Positions 28,122-38,980 of a stretch of DNA of 64,000 nt are shown here, piece after piece. The stretch spans positions 384,001 to 448,000 of the IMG/VR virus record IMGVR_UViG_3300009031_000221, one strand, 5' to 3'. The DNA is from a virus (Duplodnaviria > Caudoviricetes). Position numbers and translations under genes: made by a program. Position 1 is the stretch's first letter, and each line of letters begins with the position of its first letter. The notes beneath the pieces were generated by a model. That model saw only the letters and a list, made by a program, of their open reading frames with translations. It was not told where the DNA came from and did no database searches.

Positions 28122-29038
28122 TCCCGATGGCAGCCCCTTGTGACGATTGGCACCATATCCAAGGGACTAAAACGACTTCCCCTGGAACGGTCGCTTCCGC
28201 CGATAGTCGGCCCGCAACCCCAATGGACGCCTCCGCCTTCCGTTTCATTGGCCTCATCGCACACGCCTTGCACGCTAAACGGCACGCCCTCGGAAAGGCG
28301 CTGAACCGTGTACGTCCAGTTGCCATCGTCCCGCTGACGGGCAAGCAGCCATGCCGTGTGGCCATTGTTGACCATCTTCATGCGGGCACGGTAGCCAATC
28401 TCTTCCGCGATGATCCAACCCTCCCCATGTGCCAGGATGTTGTACCGGTCATCCGCCTTGCACTTGCCGCCACGTCCCATCAGGTGCTGGCGAATCCGCA
28501 GCCCCGAGTCCGTCATGATGCGAAGGTAATCCTCGGGGTCCTTGCGATCCAACGTACCGTCCAATCGGGCGATGAAGTAGGGTTCGAAGCACCAATCGTA
28601 GGTTTCCAGGTCCATGTCCATGGGGAACGGATACGTGCCGCCCGTCGTATCCAAGTAGTCACACATCTGGATCAGGCGATTCAGTTGCGGATTGACAACG
28701 CTGACTACCTCAGCCATGTTCTCCAGCAGCCATACCGCCAACCGCACGTCAGGATCTACGTCATTGACGTAGACGTGCATGGCACGATCACCCTTGTCAT
28801 CAACCCAGGAATCGAACACGTGCATGCGAATGGCAAGCGCCACCTGTGCAGCCGTCGCACGAGTAGCAAGACGGTTGACGCCAACGTGGTGGTCGAAGTT
28901 GGCCCATCCAGCAGGATCGAAGATGGGTGCCGCGTCGCAGTATCCATCAATGGCTACGGAACCCTTGGGGTGCGTAGCCTTGAACTCCGGGAAGGTCATG
29001 GGCTTGGTATGCGGGCATGCGTGCAGATAGACTCTCAT
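28109..29038 (-). CDS. DHH-like phosphoesterase-related protein
   Basis: AIDG, FDHH, NDVDPD. Confidence 0.45.
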   Translation of the reverse strand: MRVYLHACPHTKPMTFPEFKATHPKGSVAIDGYCDAAPIFDPAGWANFDHHVGVNRLATRATAAQVALAIRMHVFDSWVDDKGDRAMHVYVNDVDPDVRLAVWLLENMAEVVSVVNPQLNRLIQMCDYLDTTGGTYPFPMDMDLETYDWCFEPYFIARLDGTLDRKDPEDYLRIMTDSGLRIRQHLMGRGGKCKADDRYNILAHGEGWIIAEEIGYRARMKMVNNGHTAWLLARQRDDGNWTYTVQRLSEGVPFSVQGVCDEANETEGGGVHWGCGPTIGGSDRSRGSRFSPLDMVPIVTRGCHRDLLS

Positions 29039-29105
29039 TGAGGTGCCTCGACCTGAACATTCAGGTTCATACCGTGGAGGATAGGATCCTTATCACGGCC
29101 ACCTG

Positions 29106-29132
29106 ATCTACGCTAGATTTGCGAGAAGTAAG
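29106..29132 (-). promoter_or_regulatory. Conserved promoter motif
   Basis: Exact. Confidence 0.8.
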
Positions 29133-29134
29133 CT

Positions 29135-29722
29135 CTAACAGCCCAGGTCGTACCGGGTGAACCGACGAATGACAATGTTCTCACCCGTCTTTGCGATGTA
29201 CCCTGCCAGATACTCATAAACCGTATGCTTGTCATCCTTCACGTAGGGCTGATTCATAAGGCATACGTCCGCATACCAGGCATTCATTTTGCCCGCTACG
29301 ATCTTCATCTTAATCTCCGCAGGCTTGTCCTTTGGACAGTCGAAAACGAATTCGTCATATTTCCTAGCACCGTATTCTGTTGGAATATCCGATTCCGTTA
29401 CGTACTTCGGCCCCATGGCGACGATTTGCAAGCCAATGTTGCGAACCAGTTCCTCGAACTCCGCCGTATTCGCAACGAAGTCCGTTTCACAGTTCACTTC
29501 AAGGATGCACCCCGAATGTCCATCGTGATGGATGTAGGAAGCAATACGTCCCTCAGGAGCCTTGCGTTCAGCCCGTCCTCCCGCCGCGGACAGGTTATGC
29601 TCCCGAATCCACTCGACTGCAGAATCTTGGTCGTCTTGACATACCGTCAAGGCATGCCTGCAATCGCTATATGCAGCCCCGGTACGTTCCCGCAATTTCT
29701 TGACACCCTCAATGCTTGGCAT
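29135..29722 (-). CDS. tsf: Elongation factor Ts, short form (195 aa)
   Basis: VKKLRERTGA..DC..AL, EVNCETDFVA, GENIVIRRF. Confidence 0.95.
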   Translation of the reverse strand: MPSIEGVKKLRERTGAAYSDCRHALTVCQDDQDSAVEWIREHNLSAAGGRAERKAPEGRIASYIHHDGHSGCILEVNCETDFVANTAEFEELVRNIGLQIVAMGPKYVTESDIPTEYGARKYDEFVFDCPKDKPAEIKMKIVAGKMNAWYADVCLMNQPYVKDDKHTVYEYLAGYIAKTGENIVIRRFTRYDLGC

Positions 29723-29723
29723 T

Positions 29724-30422
29724 TTATTCCTCGAATTCTCTGAGCCTTTGAATGTGTTCAGCCCACGCCGTTTCTTCTTCCGTGGTCAGAACGAAACCCA
29801 ACTCCAATACCCGTAGACGCATAGCAATGCACCCATCTACGGAGGGCGTGAAGCGTTCTACCGTGAACGGACTCATGTCGATGTCAATGCCGAAGAAATG
29901 ATGAAATGAACCATTGCATTCCAACGCCTCATCCTTCTTGGTAATATCGGCGAATTGTTCCCAGGTGCAATCCGGGGGCAACGGAATCGTGAAGTTCTTC
30001 ACACGGCCAGCCCACCAGCCCTTGACACGCCCCGCCTCAAATAACTCCCGAACTTGGGTGTCATCATCAACATCATGGTAGAAAAACGGGGACAGGTTGT
30101 TGAGGTGCGTGTAATCTTGCATGGTCAGGATGACATTTTTCTTCATGTCCCATACAACCAGCCCATAGCTTACAGGTGCCAGGAGCGGGTACGGAGCATA
30201 TTGCAACGTCATGGGATGCTTGGGAGGGTTGCCGTTCAACAGGTGTTCCGCATAATCCTTCCGCATATCCCGCCATTGCTTCAGGACATCACGGAGGTGC
30301 TTGGGATCCTTCTCAAAGGTTCCTTTGCTCATCAATGCCCACGGCAAGATGTTAGTCCACCGAGTCATGCGATGCTGCTTGCCGCCCTTGGTCCGAATGG
30401 TAAATCCTACAGTTCCACCCAT
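29724..30422 (-). CDS. Hypothetical protein
   Basis: Operon-like packing. Confidence 0.7.
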   Translation of the reverse strand: MGGTVGFTIRTKGGKQHRMTRWTNILPWALMSKGTFEKDPKHLRDVLKQWRDMRKDYAEHLLNGNPPKHPMTLQYAPYPLLAPVSYGLVVWDMKKNVILTMQDYTHLNNLSPFFYHDVDDDTQVRELFEAGRVKGWWAGRVKNFTIPLPPDCTWEQFADITKKDEALECNGSFHHFFGIDIDMSPFTVERFTPSVDGCIAMRLRVLELGFVLTTEEETAWAEHIQRLREFEE

Positions 30423-30425
30423 GGT

Positions 30426-31199
30426 CTATTCCTCCCAGATCTTTGCGAATTGTTCCGGCGTCCAGCCTACGATGTCTGATACCTGTCCGTCCCCGATCTC
30501 CACAACCACAGGTACTTGAGCCCCGTCCATCGACATTGCAATGTCAATGGAATAGAACAAGGCCGGGATTAGTTTAGCTACGTCGTGGGCAAGGGCGACA
30601 TAGGATACATCGCTGAACGAATGGACATGGTGGTGAACTTTGCCGTTCAGGACAAAGAACCGTAGCTCATGGTTCGTTGGGACGAACCGGCGTACGCACA
30701 GTCCCCCCTCGATATGCCCACGAAACTTCACCATCTCCGCTACGATGTCAGGTGCCTGATCCGGTCGACTCACAACGGATCCCAAGGCAGACTTGTTGGA
30801 CTTTACGTAGTCCTTGATGAATACCCAACCCCAATCCAACTTGGTGATTTCGGCTTCAATGTCGCAACCCTTAGGGAAGAACGCGGTTTCAGGCGTCAAT
30901 CCTTTGAGGTAGGGATACCAGTTCGGCAGATGATGGCACGATAGGTAATCAAGCATGGACGTGAATGGATGACCGCCAGCGGCGTAGATCGCATCGCACA
31001 GCCTGCCATACGTAGTGGCATCCATCATCCAACCACGGTAGACAACCTTGTGCCCTACAAGGGAATCCCCTGTGATTTTATTCTCGTTGATAATGGCACA
31101 CGGATGCCCGGCAGCCTTCAACGCGGCGTACTGGTCGGCGAAGGCCTCATCAACCTTGCTGGTTAGCATGGACTTGGGGAATAGGAATGCGTAGCTCAT
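30426..31199 (-). CDS. ATP-grasp protein (R2K-like clade)
   Basis: YRGWM, FIKDYVKS, ELRFF, SIDIA, VEIGDGQVS. Confidence 0.8.
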   Translation of the reverse strand: MSYAFLFPKSMLTSKVDEAFADQYAALKAAGHPCAIINENKITGDSLVGHKVVYRGWMMDATTYGRLCDAIYAAGGHPFTSMLDYLSCHHLPNWYPYLKGLTPETAFFPKGCDIEAEITKLDWGWVFIKDYVKSNKSALGSVVSRPDQAPDIVAEMVKFRGHIEGGLCVRRFVPTNHELRFFVLNGKVHHHVHSFSDVSYVALAHDVAKLIPALFYSIDIAMSMDGAQVPVVVEIGDGQVSDIVGWTPEQFAKIWEE

Positions 31200-31807
31200 T
31201 TGTAGGCCCCCTGCAATACGGCAAACAAACGCTCGATCTCAAGGTGGGTCTCAAGGAGGGTGCCACGGTTGTCGATGAAGAATGTCGCATATTTCATGCG
31301 TTCCTCGTTGGACATTTGGGCGTGGATACGTTGCAGGGCGGCTTCCCTATTCAAACCGTTACGTGCCATGAGCCGCTGGATCTGCGTTTCCACTTCGCAT
31401 TTGATGACAATCACGAATTCGCAAAGGTTCTCTGCCTGACCGGACTCAACCAGCATTGCATTGTCAATGATGATGATGGGCACGTTGTCTTGTTGTGCTT
31501 CCTGAATCTTGGATTGCGTGATCGCATCAATGTGCGGATGCAGGATTTCCTCGAGCACTCGCATCGAACGGGGATCCGCGAATACCACAGCGCCCAGTTT
31601 GGATCGATTCAGGGTGCCATCAGGCAGGAGGTATTCCCGTCCGAAGGCCTCAATGACACCCTCAAGGCCTGGGGTGCCAAGTTTGACAGCTTCCCTGGCT
31701 ACGAGGTCCATGTCGATGATGCGTACACCGGGCTTCGTCGCAAGGATCGAAGACACGTAGGACTTCCCACTCGCGATGCCGCCTGTTAGACCGATGATGA
31801 CACTCAT
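31196..31807 (-). CDS. coaE: Dephospho-CoA kinase
   Basis: IGLTGGIASGKS, LNRSKLG, RLMARNG. Confidence 0.95.
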   Translation of the reverse strand: MSVIIGLTGGIASGKSYVSSILATKPGVRIIDMDLVAREAVKLGTPGLEGVIEAFGREYLLPDGTLNRSKLGAVVFADPRSMRVLEEILHPHIDAITQSKIQEAQQDNVPIIIIDNAMLVESGQAENLCEFVIVIKCEVETQIQRLMARNGLNREAALQRIHAQMSNEERMKYATFFIDNRGTLLETHLEIERLFAVLQGAYK

Positions 31808-31825
31808 AGCATGACCTCCGGATGA

Positions 31826-31852
31826 ATCTACGCGGGGAATGCTAGAAGTAAG
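31826..31852 (-). promoter_or_regulatory. Conserved promoter motif
   Basis: Exact. Confidence 0.8.
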
Positions 31853-31855
31853 TGC

Positions 31856-32020
31856 TTAGGAGACTTTCTTACTCCGGGGGATCAACCATTTGATAATCAG
31901 GGTGATTAGCCAGAATGGGGATGTCACGAAGTACAAATAGCGCATTTCCCGCGAAGGGCTGCTACGCACCCAGTAGGCAGTGACCAAGGCGCCCGCAATA
32001 ATGTAAAATAGCAACCACAT
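31856..32020 (-). CDS. 54-aa two-TM protein (not in ORF track)
   Basis: MWLLFYIIAGALV...WLIPRSKKVS*. Confidence 0.55.
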   Translation of the reverse strand: MWLLFYIIAGALVTAYWVRSSPSREMRYLYFVTSPFWLITLIIKWLIPRSKKVS

Positions 32021-32763
32021 TACATATGCATCCACTGCAGGATGAGGTGTGCTAGCTTGAAGTAATCCCCTTCCCCATCAAGATCGATGTCGGCATACCC
32101 CTTCCTGATAAGGGTGCCACAACGAAGGGGGTAATTCTCCAGGGTGTTGCAGAACACAGCATCCGCCCCGGAACGATCCATCAGGTGTTCCGCAGCGGCT
32201 ACCAGTTGCTCCTCAGTAGCATTGGACAGAAACTTGAACCCTAGGAGGGATGCGGTAGGGCAAACCTTCTTGACAACATCGATGACCTTGGGCGTCGGGA
32301 ACAACTTGATGGTCAACGAATTGTCAATGTCGGGGCCGACATAATTCGGGTCATCTGGCATATCAGGAAGTCCCGGACAGAATTCATAAGTAGAGTGGAT
32401 CTTCCCATCTACCTTGACAGGTGCGAAGTCCGCCACGGCTGCAGCACAAATGACCACATCAGGATGCCTGTTCCGGCACTCCCGTTCCAATGCTTTGGCC
32501 ATTTCATTGGCAGACACGACGGGAATCATCGTCACGCTTCCGCTGATCCATTCCTGAGCGCAAGTAGAACGCGGGATTTGCCTGAGATACTTATCTTCCA
32601 TGGGAGCATGGATGAACACGACATGGTTGTCCTTGCACAGGGCATTGGCCATTGCGGCAGGCAAGGCCCCCGTGGCATGGTTCGCAATGAACCGCACATT
32701 GTCGATGTACTCTCGAGTCCCGCCGGCGGTGATGATGTAGGTCTTGGGTTCGGATTTACTCAT
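32020..32763 (-). CDS. coaB: Stand-alone phosphopantothenate-cysteine ligase (CoaB-like)
   Basis: ITAGGTREYIDNVRFIAN.ATG, AAAVADF, GFK. Confidence 0.85.
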   Translation of the reverse strand: MSKSEPKTYIITAGGTREYIDNVRFIANHATGALPAAMANALCKDNHVVFIHAPMEDKYLRQIPRSTCAQEWISGSVTMIPVVSANEMAKALERECRNRHPDVVICAAAVADFAPVKVDGKIHSTYEFCPGLPDMPDDPNYVGPDIDNSLTIKLFPTPKVIDVVKKVCPTASLLGFKFLSNATEEQLVAAAEHLMDRSGADAVFCNTLENYPLRCGTLIRKGYADIDLDGEGDYFKLAHLILQWMHM

Positions 32764-33464
32764 GGCGTGTTGGCCTCCGCAGCGGCAAATGCTGCATCTA
32801 CGAGTTCTTGAAGCTTGGTACGTTGTAGGGCTTCCATAGGAGAACGAAGTTCCTCCCGTTTCCCCGTGTCCAAGACAGAATTGAAATAGGATTGTGCGGC
32901 TTCTATGGAGGATTGGCGAATCAGCCATGCGGCATCGGAGGAATTTGTAGCCACTTTATATGCCGTATACGCCGCAACATCATGACTTATCACGTAGTAC
33001 GCCGAATAATAGGCACGGGATGAACCGAAATGCGAATCCAGGGTTGAAATATTCCGTGCAACGCGAAATGCTTCCTCCCGGATGGATTCGTCCCCCGTTT
33101 CCAAATATTGCCTGACGATGGTAGGGCATTGCCACAGATCAACAACCTGAAGGGCGCACCATCGAGCGAATTCACTCAACAAGGCATTGGCATCAATGCG
33201 ATTCAAATGCGTCCGTTGGCTTGCAACGTGCTTATCAGGTACGAATCCTTCGGGATGCGCTACGATAAACCCGTCCAGTTCCACAAGATCCAATGAGAAT
33301 CCTCCGCACATGTATTGGAGGGCGTCAAAAGGATGAACCGAAGCGTGGAGCCCATTGATGCATGGACGGATTTCCCCCTCTTGGATGTAGGGTTCGGGAC
33401 GAACATCGTATACGTTCGTTCCCCACTGGGGTTTGCCGTTGCTGCTGAACCAATAGGCTCTCAT
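32760..33464 (-). CDS. DUF7666/Imm5-like paralogue A
   Basis: PCINGLHAS...DKHVAS...FARWCAL...YLETGDES. Confidence 0.65.
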   Translation of the reverse strand: MRAYWFSSNGKPQWGTNVYDVRPEPYIQEGEIRPCINGLHASVHPFDALQYMCGGFSLDLVELDGFIVAHPEGFVPDKHVASQRTHLNRIDANALLSEFARWCALQVVDLWQCPTIVRQYLETGDESIREEAFRVARNISTLDSHFGSSRAYYSAYYVISHDVAAYTAYKVATNSSDAAWLIRQSSIEAAQSYFNSVLDTGKREELRSPMEALQRTKLQELVDAAFAAAEANTP

Positions 33465-34072
33465 GGAGTTCCCTGGGCAAATGCTGCATCTACGAGTTCT
33501 TTGAACTTGGCACGTTGCATATTTCTAATCTCATTATTGGTCGATTTGGCAGCAGTGCGTGCCCCATAGTAGGCAGCATTATGAGGGTTGTATGCCGCAA
33601 CCTGATAGGCAGCCCCAGATGCATAATATGCATATGCATGGGAACGGCTATTTAGGAGGCCATTGGCGGCATATGCCGCATCTCTTGCTTCGTCCCGAAG
33701 AGATTCGTCACCTGTTTCCAGGTATTTCCTGACGACATCTGGGCATTCCCAAAAGTGAACTACGCTCAAAGCACACCATCGAGCGTACTCCATCAATAGA
33801 TTGGATGCGTCGATCCGTTTGATGTGTGTACGTTCAGAAGCGGCGTGCTTGTCCCCATTGCTACCGACGATGGTTCCGCCTAGTTCTACTAGGTCTAGTG
33901 TAGTATTATCGTGGATGGAATAGAACAAAGCGTCAGAAGGATGTTCCGAAGCATGCAATCCGTTATCGCAAGGGTGGATTTCCCCTTCAACATTGTAGGT
34001 TTGTCCTACTAGGAAAGGTACGAAATCACCATGCTGTGCAACACCATGGCTACTGAACCAATAGGCCTTCAT
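33461..34072 (-). CDS. DUF7666/Imm5-like paralogue B
   Basis: PCDNGLHAS...DKHAAS...YARWCAL...YLETGDES. Confidence 0.65.
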   Translation of the reverse strand: MKAYWFSSHGVAQHGDFVPFLVGQTYNVEGEIHPCDNGLHASEHPSDALFYSIHDNTTLDLVELGGTIVGSNGDKHAASERTHIKRIDASNLLMEYARWCALSVVHFWECPDVVRKYLETGDESLRDEARDAAYAANGLLNSRSHAYAYYASGAAYQVAAYNPHNAAYYGARTAAKSTNNEIRNMQRAKFKELVDAAFAQGTP

Positions 34073-34650
34073 CGGACTACCCCTTCTTGATGCCCGCCTT
34101 CTTGGCCTTGTCACGTGCCGTCTTGCCCGGAGCACGGACGAACTGCTTGGCCTTGTTCCCGCCCCCATCACGGCGGCTATCACGCTCGAACTGCTGCTCC
34201 GAACGCTGTGCAAAGTTCCACTGCATGTCCAAGACCGCGAACTCCTGTGCCTGACGGAGGAGTTCAGGAAGGATAGCCAAGTAGTCCACTTCCAACTCGA
34301 ACGTGGCAATGTTCCGCTGCGTACGGAACTGCAGGTTGGTGTTCACGAATCCATCATCCCGCACACGCCCAACCTGGAAGCTGAACAAGGGGTTGATGCC
34401 CACGGACTTGCTGACGATGACTGCAACGCCACTCTTGGGGTCGCTGAACGTCTTTGCCACGTTCCACTGAACCTTCGCCCGCTCCGGGCGATTGTCCCGA
34501 CGGTCATTCCGGGGAGGACGACCATTCATGGTCGAAGTCGCCAACATGCCGTGCGGCAGTTCAGGGAGCGTGGCAACCAAATCATTGAACTGCTTCTGTG
34601 CAACGGGCTTATCCATGTTCGTATTCCTCTGTGTAGTGTTTCCTAGTAGC

Positions 34651-34677
34651 TTCTACGCATTCTAGTAAGGAAGTAAG
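34651..34677 (-). promoter_or_regulatory. Conserved promoter motif (variant)
   Basis: GCGTAGAA. Confidence 0.75.
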
Positions 34678-35849
34678 CCTAGCTGACGGCATTTCACGAT
34701 TCGCAAGGCTTCCGTGAATTCTAGGGCAGCCCATGGGGCCTTATCCACTCGCACAAAGGCTTCTTCAAGAAGAGACTCGTAGGCATCGGGTTCTACCGTG
34801 CCATCCATCAGAATATCCGCGATCTCCGTCGCTTTCCGGCGAAGATGTTCTTCTACATGGATATGCCATTCTGCATGTACCTTTGCATACACGCCATTGG
34901 GGGAATCCTCCCCGCATATGTCACAGTGCAATGGATACGGAAATAATGTCATCTGTGTCATGGCTATCCCTGAGTGCGAGGCTTCTTGGTCGGGTGCCCT
35001 TCACAGGCAACTGCTGGCGTAGGCATGGCGAAATGCACACGCTCCAATTCCCCCGTCTCCGGATTCATACCGTGCATGCGAACACTGGCGCCAAAGGGAT
35101 TGGAAAGTTCTACCAGGATCCCTTCCCCACCGTTCTTCTTCATGTGTGCATGTCCACAAGTGAAGTACGCCCTATTCGGACAGTCCCCGCACAACAGCAT
35201 GAATTGCCCAGGTTCGCCCATTCCCCATGGAACCTGCTGATAGCAGCGGGGATGATCGTCAATCTTCTTTTGGCAAGGCGAATCGTCATTGTCGCCACGG
35301 CAAACGATGAACACATTGCCGGGTTCCGGCTTGTCTTGTTCATCGCATTCCTGCCACATGCGGAAGGTGCAAATGTCATTCGAGGTATGCCCACACAACT
35401 GGCACTTATTCCAGGGATGCGGGGCATACTTGATTTCATCGGTCAGACGGGGGACTGCCATTGGTTATTCCTTGCCCTTCTTGGGCTTCTTGGGCTTCTC
35501 GGTCGTGTACGTAACCGTGGTGATAGGGTACACCCGTTCACAAACCACTTCGTCACCCTTGGTGTACTCGAAGGGTTTGCAGTCTTCGCCGACCTGCGAC
35601 ATGTAGTAACTGTTCATCTTGTGAAAGATGGCTTGGTAGAAGTGGCCTTCGAATGCGATGTCCTGAAATACCGCCCGGTACTGATCGTGCAGTTCCGAAT
35701 CCGGCATGCCTCGGGCATATCCAAACTTCTCCGCAAACACGACGCAAGTGGTTTCTTCCCCGTCGAGGAAGTCCTTCAACTGCTCCGTGAGGAATTCCTT
35801 GTCAAATGCTTTGGTATCTGCCATGTCCGTATCCTCCTGCTTGGGATGA

Positions 35850-35876
35850 GTCTACGCACTAGGGGACAGAAGTAAG
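35850..35876 (-). promoter_or_regulatory. Conserved promoter motif (variant)
   Basis: GCGTAGAC. Confidence 0.75.
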
Positions 35877-37654
35877 CCTAACAAGCCTAACGGGTCAACG
35901 CTTCGTAGAATCCCGGCAGATCTTCCTTCGGGGTCTCGAACTGCTTCAAGTGTTCCTTGACAGCATCCTCAATCTTGTCCTCTTGGAACCCATCAATGCA
36001 CCTATGGCCACATGACGTGCACTGGCGTACGTCTACCATCGCCGTCAGTATCGCATGACGCGGATGCCCATCAGGTGCATACTCAAACTTATGAGGCTGC
36101 GGCCCGTCCATCCAGGTCATGGATCCATCACAATCAGGGCACCGAAAATCTATTAGCATTTCTTCCTCCAATTATCGTACATGACTTGTATTTCCCGTGC
36201 ATTGTCCAGATTCTGTGTCTCAGGATGCTCCCAGTCAATATCGATGGCATCGAACAGATTGAGCGCCTCTATCATATACTTCCGTTTGCCCTTGACCAGA
36301 AACTTCCCCGATACCACATGAACAACCTGCCATGTGTCCGGTTCCAATGGATCCTCTACAACCGCTAGCCATCCCTTCTGCTGTGCCTGCTTGACCGTCA
36401 TAGCAGGGCCGGGAATATTAAATGCATCCTCCGGGAATTGGTAGGTTTGATCATCTACCTCAAACCCTTCAAGAAAGTCTAGGAAGTCCATATGCCCCCT
36501 AACCGTTCGTAAATGGAACCCCGAGGGCCTTCGACACTAGATACGCGAACCCGAAAAACAGTAGGGTGCCGATGCATGATGGAAGCAACACACATAATAG
36601 GAATAGCCCTATTTCGCCAATGGCATAGCATGTGGCACACAGGTACATCCATTGTGTGTGAATCTTGTTCCTAAGATTCATCCTTATGTGCCCCCATCCA
36701 GAAGTCCTGATAGCTCTTCATCATGTCCGTAACACCCTGGAACTCATCTGGAGCCTGCTCATGGCTGCATTCAGGGCAAGTAAAGTATGCCGTCTTCCAA
36801 GATCCATGCTTGGAGGTAGCCTTCTTGGTGTAGCAGTCCTCTACGTCAACCAGCAACAGAGCGGTGCAATTGCTACACCGGATTTGGCACGGGATGACTT
36901 TTGTGGATTTCCCTGGTTCAAGCACCTTCATTGCTGCTTTCTCCCCGTGCCGCCTTCAAGTCCGCTACCAGTCGACGCAACATGTCAATGGTGGTGTACG
37001 CACATTCAGAATCCCCACCGGGCATGAACCCATCGAATTGCTCCTGTGTGTACTTCTCCAAGTAGCACGTATGGAAAAGGATGTATTCCAAGTCGGTTTC
37101 GGTCAAGGGCCCTGCCTTAGCGGGGTCGTTGAACACCGTGAGGGGGCGGTCATAGCTAGTAACGTCATAGGTCAGGAATACCGTCACCCAATGGCAAGGA
37201 ATCCCATTCTCCCGGATAAATTCACGCATTCCGGTCTTGGACGGGTCGTCGCGGCACAATTCTTCATCCTCAAACAATTCGGCGCCCTCAAGCGGTCCCC
37301 AGGCCTTAGGATCTGTAACACAGTCACACCTATGGTAGTACTGCTTTGCTTCATTCTGGAGCGCATACATCGCGATTTGCATCGGTTACTTCTTTAGGGC
37401 CTTGGCCTCATCGTAAAGGAATTCTGTGATGCGGCTATCCGCTTTTGCCATTGCACCGTCCCACCCTTCACCGTAGATGTAGTGGAGGATGCCAGTATTG
37501 TAATCGTAGAGCGTCCACATGGTGGGGATTTGCTGTGGGGATGTTTGAAACAACACGAACCGGGGAGGATCCTCAGGAAGGTATGCCCGAACAGGGACTT
37601 TCTTCCTTCCCTGCTGTGCATCTTGAATTTCGCTCCAGGCCATTGCCGAGTCCC

Positions 37655-38458
37655 CTAATTCACCAGCGCCCAAGCGTCATCACGGTCGATGATCAGCGTG
37701 GTGCTGGACTTGTTGTCCCGAACCGCCTTGAGCTTGCCGGAGTTGGCCTTCTTGTCTTCCGCCACAAGGTAGGTCAGCGTCTTGCCCGCCGAATCCTTGA
37801 CCGTGCCGCCCTGCTTCTCAATGGCGTCCTTCAAGGAAGAGTCACGGAAACCCGTGAAACAGAAGGACATTCCCAGGAGTTTGCCGCTAGCCTGCTGGAT
37901 GGTGATGCCGGCTTCGCCAATCAGTTTGCCGATGAGCCCCGCCTTCTCCTGGAAGCCCATGACAAAGGCCTCCGCCGTCGTCTGGCTGAAGCCAGGGATT
38001 GCGGCGATTTCGGAGATACGGGCCTTCATCATCTTCGAGAGGGTGTTGAACCCGGCATCCGCAATCGACTGGGCCATCGAACGGCCAATCATCGGGATGC
38101 CAAGCGAACCCACGAAGGTGCTAAGGGAAAGGATTTTCTTTGCGTTCAGGTTGGTAACCGCCTTGTCACCGGAACCGCCAACGCGACGGCCACCGATTTC
38201 CAGGTCGGCAACCGCAACCGGGTCAAGCAGGTAGAGGTCAGCGATGTCCGTCACGAAACCCGCCTCAATGAGCGCCTCGATCAGGGTATCGCCAACGTGC
38301 AGGACGCCAATCTTCTTGACCCAGCGCTTGATGGAGCCGGAGGCCTGTGCCTCGCAGTCATCGTTGCGGCAAACCAAGTATTCGCCGTCCCGCGTCAAGT
38401 TGCCCTTGCAGGAGGGGCATTGCGTCGGAATCGTGAAGTATGCACGCGTGGTTGTCAT
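37655..38458 (-). CDS. ligA: NAD-dependent DNA ligase, C-terminal half (Zn finger, HhH, BRCT)
   Basis: PTQCPSC...CRNDDC, LGIPMIG, IPGFS, GMSFCFTG...GGTV..S...LTYLV. Confidence 0.9.
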   Translation of the reverse strand: MTTTRAYFTIPTQCPSCKGNLTRDGEYLVCRNDDCEAQASGSIKRWVKKIGVLHVGDTLIEALIEAGFVTDIADLYLLDPVAVADLEIGGRRVGGSGDKAVTNLNAKKILSLSTFVGSLGIPMIGRSMAQSIADAGFNTLSKMMKARISEIAAIPGFSQTTAEAFVMGFQEKAGLIGKLIGEAGITIQQASGKLLGMSFCFTGFRDSSLKDAIEKQGGTVKDSAGKTLTYLVAEDKKANSGKLKAVRDNKSSTTLIIDRDDAWALVN

Positions 38459-38498
38459 CGTATGAGTCCTTGAGGAGATCGTCTGTCCCCTGTGATGT

Positions 38499-38525
38499 AT
38501 CTACGCGGAACGGAGGAAAAGTAAG
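38499..38525 (-). promoter_or_regulatory. Conserved promoter motif + hairpin, drives ligase C-half
   Basis: Exact; GGGGA-CAGACGA-TCTCC. Confidence 0.8.
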
Positions 38526-38575
38526 CCCGTCAAGGTTGAACAATTTCGTGCTCAACATAGTACTCGAATGATACG

Positions 38576-38980
38576 CTAGTTGATCTCCGGAGAAATGGTG
38601 AGATTTTGACGCTGGTCAAAGGCTACAATGACGGTTTGGTCATCATTAATGATGTGACCATAGGCGGTCAAATCATCTAATAGCATATCCTGACATTTCG
38701 CGAATCCTTCCAACGTTTTTTCAGTGACGGATCCTGTCCACTTCACCTCGCGGAATGATTGACACACGTAGCATTCAATGTCATCGGGGTCTCCTCCCAT
38801 GGGGGCATCTGTGAAAGTTACTAGCCGACTCCCCTTAGGCAGTGGATCCGGTATTGCCTCCAATTCAGGTACGGGATCAACATCTACACGACCTCGCAAA
38901 GGGGTATACCGATGCTGATAACATATTCTCAAATATGCCATGGTTAATTCTCCAATGCGGATAATGCTAACATTGTCCAC
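38576..38980 (-). CDS. Hypothetical protein inside the ligase split
   Basis: GTG-start ORF overlapping the endonuclease 3' end. Confidence 0.45.
   Translation of the reverse strand: MDNVSIIRIGELTMAYLRICYQHRYTPLRGRVDVDPVPELEAIPDPLPKGSRLVTFTDAPMGGDPDDIECYVCQSFREVKWTGSVTEKTLEGFAKCQDMLLDDLTAYGHIINDDQTVIVAFDQRQNLTISPEIN

Larger units (their letters stand above)
34077..37673 (-). other. Run of ORFan CDSs: 34077-34616, 34662-34961, 34964-35461, 35465-35824, 35887-36171 (CxxC...CxxC zinc ribbon), 36153-36491, 36499-36681, 36671-36931, 36918-37382, 37386-37673
   Basis: Dense same-strand packing with overlaps. Confidence 0.65.
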
